Positions 12,801 through 24,800 of a DNA stretch of 64,000 bases are shown here, one piece after another (position 1 is the stretch's first letter; each line of letters starts with the position of its first letter). The DNA is from Botryllus schlosseri (lineage: Eukaryota). A model generated the notes under the pieces. It did no database searches and had not been told where the DNA came from. It saw only the letters and a list, made by a program, of their open reading frames with translations. The DNA lies in NCBI GenBank assembly GCA_051294905.1, contig CM119372.1:36952001-37016000 (forward strand), read 5' to 3'. A program made the translations under genes and the position numbers.

Positions 12801-15800
12801 TATGTGGTGATTGAAAGGTAATCAAGTGCAAAGCGTTTTTTCCGCCCCTCAATCTGTCACATACTGACCCTCACATAAAGCAGTTGTGGCCAAACTTTTC
12901 GGCCAAAGGACCATAACATTTTTTTCGAACCATTGCGCTGGCCACTTGAGTATTGAAAACCCCTTTTAGAAGTCCGATATAAGCTAGTCGGAACAAGTAA
13001 CGATGGATGAATGACTTGTCTTACTACGGTCCAGACCCGAATTCATGTGACGACATTTATGTGATGAAAAATAAGGGTGTAGCAGACATGGGGTGATTAC
13101 TTCATGAATGTAATCGATTGCGATTACGATTACTTCTGAATAACGCGATTACGATTACGATTACGATTACAGCAAAATCAGGACGTAGTCGATTACGATT
13201 ACGATTACATTGGAAAAGTAATCACGATTACTTCTTAGAACTAATATTAGAAGATATATTGGAGACAATATGAGGATTGCGCTGAAAAGGTCTAATGAGA
13301 TGACAACTTTCTTGAAAAATGATGCGTCATTAGCTTGTTACGTCATAATGTACCCATTGCCCATTTTTATAGAGGACGGTTTATCGCACTCGCGATTTGC
13401 ATTCATGCCAGGTCCGTAACTGCCGCATCCTAGATTACCCAATAGTGTGGGGAGAGAGCTCTAAGGGGAATAAAAAGTATTTAGTAAAACCAACATAAAT
13501 TCTAGAGTATTTTCAAGAGATTTATTTAACATGAAAATTTTCTTCGAGCTTCGAGATTTAAATGTCTTTAGATATCTTGATTTTGAAATGTATACGTCTT
13601 CCCATCATGAAAAAAGCATGTCCAATTTATAGGAATAGGTGTTTCGGTGCCGGTCATTACCGCGCCACCACATACCAAAATACATGTGCAGTTTCGGCCA
13701 ACATGCGACTCCACAAAGTCAATAGCCGCGCTGGGTGGGCGAGACTAATAGCCCTGTCCTTCCAATCTAAGCCTACAATGCAGATGCCACCCGTGGCAGC
13801 CAAAGACAATTAAAGACATGACTATTCGTGTGTGCCTCTCACGAAGGTTTTTCTTTTAGTCTGCTACGTTTGGGCGACTGCAATATATTCTGATTACATA
13901 ACAGAGCGGAAGTCACGAAATAAAACATGCACTGAAGTACTTATAACAAAATACCAGATGTTGTAATTATGAATTATGTGCCACCAGCTCTACAGGTAAA
14001 TCTGACCATCGGGGGCTGAGAGCGGATTAAAAAGGAATAGTAATATTATGCAATTACCAATATTATTACCGAAATTCGGTCTTCAACTTGAAAATTGACA
14101 GCCCTCTTGGGGGACCAAACCAACGTTTGGAGTGGGGGACGAATTTCTGTTATTGTCCTGATTCTGGCTGCAACCCACGCTAACATGGCATATAGGCGGA
14201 TGACTATGGCGGCAGGTCCAAATGTTGAGTAAAGAATTGTGAAATAACGATTGGCGCCCGTTTCAAGTAAAGTCATATGGGAATAAGGGAAAGCGAGTGG
14301 CGTAGTTGGTTAAGCACCAGCGTCACGACACCAATGGTCGTGGTACGAATCCCGGTTCGGACTAACTTCTATGTGTCGGAGGTTATATGGGCTCCTCATC
14401 GCCGACCTCACTGCAATTGCGGTGACTTAAAAAGCCCAGATACGACTGTGGGTCGAGCTATAAGTCGACGGTAAAGGAAGATCCGAATAAAAAAAACTTG
14501 AAGCTGCAAAGACTGCGAGCGCACGAGCAATGAGCGCGAAGAAATGACATTGAACTGTGTTATAAAAATGTGATGTCGTGGAGCACAAAGCCCTAATCGG
14601 GCTATAAGCACCACTGTTGTATGTTGCATAATAATAATAATAATAATAATTTGGTTGTATTAAGAATTAATTAATAATTAATTAATTACTTTAACTTAAC
14701 CTAACTTCTGAACTGACGCATCACTGCTGTGAATGCCTGCGAAACGATCTGGATATATCGCACCTGGACGTACCCGCCGTGGGACCAAGCGGATGACCCC
14801 AGAGGACTCGTCAACTCCGACCACACAGGAACACCAAAGAGAAGATATTTCTCAACATGGCGCCTGTGCAACACCGAACTGTGGCTCACAAAACAGCTCT
14901 GCTGCAAAAGAAAAAAAGAAGAGACACAGATGGAGTAAAGAAGAGTATAAAGAAATAATGAGATGTTACTTCTTAGCCAAATTTGAAAACTCGGCAGGAG
15001 TAACCGAAGGAACTTTTCAAAAATGGAAAGAGAGAACGAACAACTCTCCAACCATGACTGCCAATACCCTGGCAACAATGAGACGTTGTGTAATAAAAAA
15101 TAAAAAATTATCTGAACAAGAACTCGCAGAAATCGAGGGAGAAATGTGTAACAAAAACATAGAAAACTCTGAGGCTTTGGAACTGCAATTCGGCCAAGAT
15201 GACCTGAACCCACAACAATCACTTGATGACCCGAACATCGCAGAAGTAGAATTACAAAATACCACCGGGCACCCGAATGAATCAATAACACCTAACGATG
15301 GCGACATAGACACGGAATTAGAATTGGAGATCAAAAATCAAATCATCGACCGCATGAAATCCACATTGAATGTAAATGACAGAGTGCAGTTACCTGACTT
15401 ACAAATTACAAAGAAACTGAAAACTGATATTGCAGTAGCGAACAAAATTTTGACAGAAACCATACTGCCTGCAACTCTAAATGACAAACAAGGAGAAAGA
15501 CCACAATGTCCCTTGACAACAATCAACAACCTCATTTACAGCACTGCGGCAGTTATCTCAGAAAGGCACTGCAAAATACCAAGAACTGTCAACAAAAAAA
15601 GGGGAAGGCATACGCCAGCTTGGCAACGCAGAATTGAAAACAAAATCGCAAAACTAAGGTATGACGTTGCGATACTCTCAGAACTAAAAAAAGGAAATGT
15701 TTCCCGCAAAGTAAAAAATAAAGTAAAAAGAATAGAACTGGAGCACCAAACCAAACTGCAGTCAACAGAAAAAGTGACAATGTTGCAAGAAGAATTAAAA

Positions 15801-18800
15801 ATGAGAATATGCGCCAAAGCACAACGATTGAAACGATATAAAAAACGAGAAACACAATATCGCCAAAATTTGTTATTTGCTCGCAAACCTGGACAATTTT
15901 TTCGAATGATGAAACAAAAGTCAAATCAAAAAATTACCAGCAGCAAAATACCAGCCACTGCAGATGTGGAATCATTTTGGAAGAAAATATGGGAAACCAA
16001 AAAATTGCACAACTCAAATGCAAATTGGATACAAGACCTCCACACTGACCATCTACAAACACCAGAACAACAATGGTCAGAAATCACAAAACAAGAAATC
16101 AAGGAGGCCCTAAAGAGTTCACTGAACTGGAAAGCAGCCGGTCCTGACCAGATCAAAAACTTTTGGCTAAAAAAACTAACTGCAACACATAATTACCTAG
16201 CGGTGACCTACAATGAGCTTTTATCCTCAACCAGCTCGCACGAGATCCCAGCCTGGTTCACACAAGGGATCACCTATCTTATTCCAAAAAATGAAAACAC
16301 CAGGGACCCCAAGAACTACAGGCCAATAACATGCCTGACAACCATGTACAAAACACTGACCAAAATCCTGGCAAAACGAAGCTACAAACACCTAGAAAAT
16401 CTTCTACCGCCTGAGCAGAAAGGATGCAAGGAAGGCGCCCTTGGCTGTAAGGACCACCTGCTCCTTGACAAAACCATTCTTGAAAACTGCAAGAGGAGAC
16501 ATACTAACCTCAGCATGGCATGGATAGATTACAAAAAAGCTTTCGATTCAGTCCCTCACACGTGGATACTGAAAACAATGCGTATGTACAAAATGAATCC
16601 GATCATCATCAGATTTATTGAAAATTCAATGAAAAATTGGCATACAAAACTGTTGATCAAACATGACCAAGGTGAAACAGAAACCTGTACAATTCAGATA
16701 TGCAATGGTATCTTCCAAGGCGACTCATTCTCACCACTTCTATTCTGCCTCAGCTTAGCTCCACTCAGTGAGTTGCTGAGAAAAAATGAAACAGGATACG
16801 TGATGAAAAAAGCAGCAAATTCTGAAGGTCAAAAGATTCATCACCTTTTGTTCATGGATGATCTGAAACTGTATGCGAAATCCGACACGGACCTGAATAA
16901 CCAAATGAAAATTGTTCATGAGTTTTCGGAAGATATAAAAATGAAATTTGGCTTGGATAAATGCTCAAAACTTACCATACGACGCGGAAGAGCCACCAGC
17001 ACTGGCGACATGAACTTCAAAATGGACGAAACCATAACAGAATTGAATGCCGAAGATCACTATAAATATCTAGGGATCTGTGAAAGCGACAACATTAAAC
17101 ATGCTGCAATGAAATCAAGTCTAAAAAAAGAATACATCAGCAGGCTCAAGTCAATTCTCAAAACTGAACTCAATTCCAAAAACAAAATCAATGCCATAAA
17201 CAGTCTTGCAGTGCCTGTCTTGAGATATAGCTTTGGTGTGGTGAACTGGCGTAAAGATGAAATTAAAAAATTGGACACAAAGACGAGAAAACTGATGACA
17301 ATGCACCACATGCATCACCCAAAATCTGATACACAAAGACTGTACATCCCCAGAAAAAAAGGTGGTCGAGGACTACAAGAAATTGAACAAACCTTCAAAA
17401 CAGAAATCATCGGCTTGTCACAGTACATCAACAACAGCGATAACATTTACTGCAAACTCATTGCACAGGAAGACAAACAGCGCAAAACAAAATCTCTGAG
17501 CTATCGTCACGACAAGTACGCCAGAGAAGTCAACTTGGAAACAGCTAACCTGTACACTGCAGAAAACACTGTTGCTAAACCCACAACAATAGCAAAAGCA
17601 GCACGAGTCCGATACAAAAATGCAACGCTCAAAATGAGAGAAACGATATGGGAGTCGATGCCTCTTCATGGACAGCACAAGAAGTTAACTTCACAGCCCC
17701 ATGTAGACGAGCTTTCATGGACCTGGCTATCCAGCTCTGGCCTGAAACCGGCAAGCGAAGGATTCATTTTCGCAGCACAAGACCAATCGCTTCCTACAAA
17801 ATACTATCGCAAAAGAATTCTGAAGCAAAACACGGACGGCAAATGCAGAATGTGCCACAACCAAAATGAAACTGTAGCACATCTCATGTCCGGCTGTGGT
17901 GCACTTGCAGCTACCGAATACACATGGAGACACAATAGGATTGGTCACTACATTCATCTTGAATTATGCAAACATTTTAACATCACCACTTCGACAAAAA
18001 ATTGGTACGATTACAGCCCAGCACCAGTGACAGAAAACGAACAAGTAAAAATTCTGTGGGATGTACCAGTTATAACTGACCGCGAAATCAGGAGCAACCG
18101 CCCGGATATAATCGTCAAACTAAAAAAGAAAAGAGAATGCTTATTCATTGAACTGGCTGTCCCAGCTGATCACAACCTACTGCAAAAAGAATCAGAAAAA
18201 TACTCCAAATACGCAGACCTCAAAATGGAATGTGAGAAAATGTGGCGATGCAAAATAAACATTGTACCGATAGTCATTGGTGCTACAGGGGTCGTGAGCA
18301 AAAAACTCATGAGACATATCCAACAAATTCCGGGTAACGTTCGATTCGACATGATCCAAAAGATCACATTATTGGGCACTGTGCACATTCTTCGGAAGGC
18401 CCTGAATGCACCACTGGACTAAAATTACACTTGTGAATCACAGCATAATTTCTGTAATTTCGATTCTTCATCTTCAATCATCTCTACCTCTGCTCTGTAA
18501 CCCTTGCCAATTCTTCATCTGCTGCAATTCTGTAATCTGACTTCTCCGTGTATTGCATAGGAATAACAATTTGAATGTATTACTGAAATTTTAAAAATTT
18601 ACTCCAATCTCGCCATTTTCCTTTGGGGGCAGGTTGCTCCCCGGATTATGTGTGTATCTACCAGTTTTACTGTGAATAAAGAGAATAATAATAATATGGG
18701 AATAAGCTAAAGTGAACATAAAATTATGCCTTCAACTTAATACAGATACTGCAAGAACTGCTCGGTAATGACATATATCAGTAGCTGTTGGTTTTTAATG

Positions 18801-21800
18801 CTTCGTTGTGGAAACTGTAAGGTTTTATTTGACGAGTACAAAATATAAAATCTTTGCCCGGTGTACGTACGTACTATGGGCCTACTGCTCGCCAAGCAGC
18901 AGCGGGCAAACTACGTTTAACTGAGCATAACCAAACATCAATACATAAGTTACTATTTGAAACTAAGCAGAGTGGTGATAAATTATCCTGCTGAGAAGTA
19001 GTAGCGTTTCGAGTGTATTGAAAACCTGATATAGAGCACGGTTGGTGTTCTTACTATCACACTACAATGAACATCTAATATCTATTTACAATATGTGGAT
19101 ACTTCTTACGCAATAACCAGCAAAGCTAATACTTCTGACGAAATAATGAGCAGTGAAGTTTGAAAATCAGACGTTCATGCTATCACTAACCAGGTATAAT
19201 ATATCTTCGTGTACGAATCAGTAGGCTATCTGTCATAGTCATTGTACGAATAAAAAGTAATCGTTCTTTCACAAAGAAATCGATTAGATATGGGAAGTAG
19301 TCGATTACGATTACGATTACTTCGTAATTTTTTCAAATGTAATCGATTGCGATTACGATTACTTGAAAATGCTGTAATCGTCGTAATCGATTACGGTTAC
19401 TAATCGCGATTACCCCATGTCTGGTGTGTAGACTGTAGAAAGCGAAAATGTTTCAAAATTGGCCAATGAATTCTGTCAATGAATATTGACACTTGCATAT
19501 GTAGCATATATTGTGGGTTATAAATGTGGCACGGTTAATAAAAACTACCACAGAAAACTTTGTAGTTGTATCAAGGCTGTGGAATCAGTAAATTTTAAAA
19601 GCGACTCGTACTCCAGACATTTTCAATAAACAGATCCAACTCTAGAGTCTTTAAACGTACCGACTCCGGTTCCGACTCTTACTGTTTTCCTCACAGAACT
19701 CCGACTCCGACTCCAATAGTACTTCAAATTTACTTCGAAAATTATACGACCCGGTGACGGTGAAATGACTTCCATATATATCTATTCAACATATGTAAAC
19801 ATATTATTCACGATGTATATATGGCTCATCAAAACGTTCGAAACTGATGTTTCGCAATCTAGCATTTACGTATCATATCGTGATCTAGCATGTCCATGTG
19901 CATGGCGTGTCTTAATCCGGAAAAGTGAAGTCTGACTTTTTTATTTTTAAAGACGTTATAGCATACCACCTTTGAAACTTTCAGGACTGAAGACATGAAA
20001 TACATGTTCCGCTTTTAGAAGTAGTATTTATATTTCGCTTTCAATTGCCAGTATCAAATACTTTGAGTTCCAATTAATATCAGTTCTTTTGTCTCGATAA
20101 CATACATGTTGAAGTATAAAAGCAAGTGTATGACTTTAATTTCCGAAAATAAAGATACACAATATGGCATTTTTACGGTCCACCATTTTTTTATTAACGT
20201 TTACTAATCGCGCAAAGTGCTTACACCGTATCCCATACAACTTCTCCGCATTGCTCTTCGACTAAACTACGGGTCTTATATTATGGGGAGGGCACCGTAC
20301 CATGATATTTTCTAAAGCGTGCTGTTCGAGAAAACAGAGGATTAGTATCGCATTTTTAAACCAATATTACCATTTTCATCCCATGAGGCGGACGAATGCT
20401 TATGCTGTCGAAAATTGGATACCTCCTGGTATGCATCAATATGAATCAAGCTCGGCAGCTTTCGCATAGCTCAATTTGTACCTTTTGACTATCCATGTGA
20501 TCGAATCCTGATCGTTTTGACAACTACTTACTTACTTGAGTAGATTTAAAGTCAGTTAATTCTACTTCTAATTGAAATAGATTTAGGTTGCATATGGATG
20601 AAGTACTTCCACTCGTACATGAGTAGATTTTTATGTCGCTACTTCTACTTCTACTTGACTAGCTTTTTTGACTACTTTGACCACATCTGAAAATAACATA
20701 TATCTACTCGACATGCACTTAGTCAAGTATTCATGGCTAGGACTATTGCACCCTTTCCTAAACATTTTTTCGACCCATGTGGCTGAGCTACTTACCAGAC
20801 ATATTTTCGATTTTGTCAAATGGGAAGCAGTGTTTGGTCATATTATTTTTTGTCAAGTGGGAAGCAGTGTTTGGTTTTATTTTATTCAAAGTGATGTTAT
20901 CACTTACAAAACAAGAAGATGTATTTACTGTTTCATAATATCGTGGTATAATTCCAAAAATTGAACCAATTTGTGACTGCATCTATAATTTTGTGTTGGT
21001 CTCGATTTGGTTGAAATGTTTTCCTCTAAGCAATTGAATTACAATTGGCAATAAATGTCCAGTTTCATCAATATGGCTACTAAGACCTGTTATTGTTGGT
21101 ACATACAAACCCAATTTTGTTTAATATATGTCATTTTAAGAGAACTTTGAAAGCACTTGTTTTCATATTGACGAAGTTGGAGTCGGAGTCGAGAGTATTT
21201 TCACAAACACCGACTCCAAGGGTTGCTAAAAATAGACTCCGACTCCGAGTCCAACAAGTTAAAATAAGCGAAACTTCGACTCCGACTCCACAGCCTTGGA
21301 CTTGCATCTATTTGCCACGAAAGTCTTATTAAAAAGAAACTTACATAGCTTTATGAAAAATGTCGAATGAACGGGGGCATGGCCCCTCTTGGTTCAACAA
21401 TGCATCTAAACTGTTTTATATTAGTCATTAACATTCTAAATTTGGTGGTCAGGCTAATCACAACAAATTATGTGGGTATTCATTTCTGATACTGTAACTT
21501 CGTTCAAAAATGAATGTGCGGGCTGTGGGTTGCAGAGGTGGTCAGTAACGAAGTACTTCTACTTTTTCGAAGTACTCAAGTAGTTTTCCTCTACTTCTGG
21601 TACTTACTCAAGTAGATCTGATTTTCGCTACTTCTACTTTTACTTCGTAATATTTTGTGATCTACTTACTTACTTTTCGCTATTTTCAGTTTGTCAAGTA
21701 GAAGTAGGTCAATCTTCTAATCAGAAAGATAGCCTGAGGAATTTCGGGGCTGTTTTCATGGAGTATCAACATTTAATTTTCATAAAAGTTGAGTAAAGCC

Positions 21801-24800
21801 CAGAATTTTCGTCGCGCTCCGCGCTGTGGATATTGAGTTACCAGTGTGATTTGTCGAAAGTATCGATGAATATAATTTAGGTAGCGGGTTGGCGTGGTTG
21901 CGTTCACACAGGGATATCTAGATATAAGCTACACAGTATGACATTTTTACGGCCCACTATATTTTTTATTAACGTTTACTAATCGCGCAAAGTGTTTGCA
22001 CCGTATCCTATACAAGTTCTCCGTATTGCTCTTCGACTAAACTACGGACCGTATAATATGGGGGAGGGATGGCGCCATACTATGCTATTTTCCAAAATCT
22101 GCTGTTCGAGAAAACAGATGATAAATATCGCATTTCCATATCAATACTATCATTTTCATCCCATGATGTGGACGAATGCTTATGCCATCAAAAATTGGAT
22201 ACCTGCTGGTATGCACCAATATGAATCAAGCTCGTCACCTTTCGCTTAGCTGTGCACCTTTTTACAATCCATGTGAACGAATTAGGATCGTTTTCACAAC
22301 TACTTACTTACTTAAGTACTTTTAAAGTCAGTCAATTCTACTTCTTTAAGTAGTTTTAGGTTGCTTATGGAAGAAGTACTTCTACTCGTACTTGAGTAGA
22401 TTTTTTCGTCGCTACTTCAACTTCTACTTGAGTAGCTTTCTTGACTACTTTGACCACCTCTGGTGGGTTGTCCAACCCTGATAATGAGTATTTACCGTAC
22501 AATGTAGAGATCTTATATTGAGAATATATGGACATGTAAGTGCACATATCAATTAATTTCGAAAGAATGCAACTTTCAGTGAAAGGAAAGACAACATTTA
22601 TATCCCCCATGAACGAGCTGCAATAACTTTTACTTAGGGTTGGTGATACATCCGTAGGGTTGGCTACGTCTTAAATGGCGAGGGCGATTATCTATGAAAC
22701 AGAGCAATGTGGGTCGGATTGATTCCACAGTAATTATATTACAAACGCTGTTGTATTATTGCATATTCAGAGTTGCAGTAATTAATGTTGGGAAATTCAT
22801 TGGTTATAAGCATTATATCAAATCCATTAAAAATTTATAATTATTATCGGTGGGGCTCACCTGCAGTTCTGAACTCAACGGGATATATCAACCTCAGACT
22901 TCTTCCTCCTGCGCGAGAATAAGGCGTGTAGGTGAAAAAAAAAATTTCCGTGCTTAGTATCGATAATTACCTCTATTTCGGCGGTGATAGTCTTGGAAGC
23001 CTATGTTGTCATCTTCCAAATCTTCCTTTCCGTACGCCCACAGTATTATATATGTTGCCGGCTTCAGTAGCGCAATACCAGGAGTAAATCATCGGTAATA
23101 CATATATTTACCTATACGGCACAGGGATCAAGTATGGAAATCAATGGACGGGACAAGTACAGCGTAACAACGTAAACAGCGTATACGTGTAACCTCAGCC
23201 GATATCAATACCGGACAGAGAGAAGGGTCATCAAATTGGTACTTTACGGCTGTTGAGGTCTGGAATTGATTATGTAGCCCCAAGATGCATTGAAAAAGCA
23301 AAGTGGCATATTGTATGGTGACTTTAGTATTGTTTCCGAATAATAATTATGTTTTAATTACATTGTGTATCTAAATCAGGCCAATGTTATTCATTAGGAT
23401 TCTCAAGATGGGCCTCTTTAGCAAGAGTCACTTTCGTTCTGGGCAGCAACAACAACATAATAATATTGCCGTGTTGAGTAATATAATAAAGTCAAGCTAC
23501 GTAAACCTGACGATAGACCTAAATTACTACCCTTAAAACTTAGAGATATGTAGAGGAAAGCTGGAACGAAGGACGAAATGCAAGATGTGACAAAAAATTT
23601 GATATGTATATGTTTATGCATCGTACACAGAAATTCCGTCGGGATCGTCGATGTATGTGTGTTTCTTGGTTCACGCGCAACATCATGGCTTTATCATTTT
23701 AATTTATTTACATGCCTTTATTCCATCATTTGTTTGCTTTAATAAGGAACTAGAGCGATACTATATGAATATGCATGTTCAAGAATATCTATATGGGTCA
23801 CCTTTTGTAAATCCATATCATTTGCATTGCAAGTTAAACGCTTTCGTCGTATCGTGACCGCTGTATGCGTGCCATTCTCCCATCCACCCACAATTTCGAC
23901 GTTTTGTTCTTCGTCCACAGTAGGCACCCCATTTCTATCGGAATGGCAGTCCTATAAAAAGTACAAGTAGGGAATGAATACTGCTTTTGTGGATGAAGTC
24001 TTCAAGTCGATTTGTCATTGTGTTGCTGATTTCGTTAATTGAAATAATTTGCCAATAGGAGGACACAAGCATAGTAAAGACGACATTTCTGGTGCGAAAC
24101 AGAATGTGATACTATTTCATGATATCTGCTATGTGATAATATAAGTGCCATTTTCTACTTGAACCGATGGGGATAAGTCTTCTAGGGTTGATTATGGATA
24201 ATAACGGTGGGTGGACAAAGTGGTAACACTTAATACGACTAAATGCTTCGGAGTCAAGGATCGTGATAAATTAACGTGAACGGACAATGTCCGTCGGACA
24301 TATGAAACATGCAATAGAAAAACCTACTATATAATTAGTATAAATTGGCCTTATATGTGTTAATGAATTTCTTATTTTGCCATGAATCACAATTAACCTA
24401 ACAACATTCGTTCGATTGCTAGGGTTTACACATCCCTGATATATATTTGTACTTCACCATAGCGATATAATGGACAGTACACGCCACTCGCATGGATTAC
24501 GGAGCAACCGAGTAACACCAGTCAATCGCTACAACAAAATTTAGATAAATACTTACGAATACATACGGCTGGCCGCCTTTCATACCCATCATGAGGATAT
24601 CCGCTCCGTTCATGGACGCTGTGCGGCCGAATCCAAGTCCTATCCAGCCCGTGCTGGGCGCTAAAATCTAATTTTTAAATAGATACATCACTAATTTGAA
24701 TACAGGATGATCGGTTTCTCGCATGCCTGCATCGTAATCGTCGTCTCGTCGAAATCCCAAAATAGGGTCACCCTTGTGTCTTCTTCCAGTACTGATCTAT

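Larger units (their letters stand above)
13083..19423. mobile_element. Non-autonomous hAT-type element with GATTAC subterminal arrays (hosts the SINE and Dong insertions)
   Basis: 12-bp TIR CAGACATGGGGT / ACCCCATGTCTG. 8-bp TSD GGGTGTAG (13075-13082) / GTGTGTAG (19424-19431). Arrays of GATTAC/GTAATC at about 13095-13230 and 19300-19412. Confidence 0.8.

Noticed and set aside
14372-14441. HDV-like self-cleaving ribozyme in the SINE core (GGC-UCCUCAUC-GCC resembles P3/L3)
   Set aside because: The helix order is similar, but there is no GG for P1.1 after P1', no conserved L3 G, and no C-N-A-A J4/2 before P2'. Kept only as a structured-domain finding.
14701-18388. Numerous antisense and alternate-frame ORFs overlapping the retrotransposon ORF
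   Set aside because: Shadow ORFs caused by the strong A-rich strand bias of the element; no motifs.
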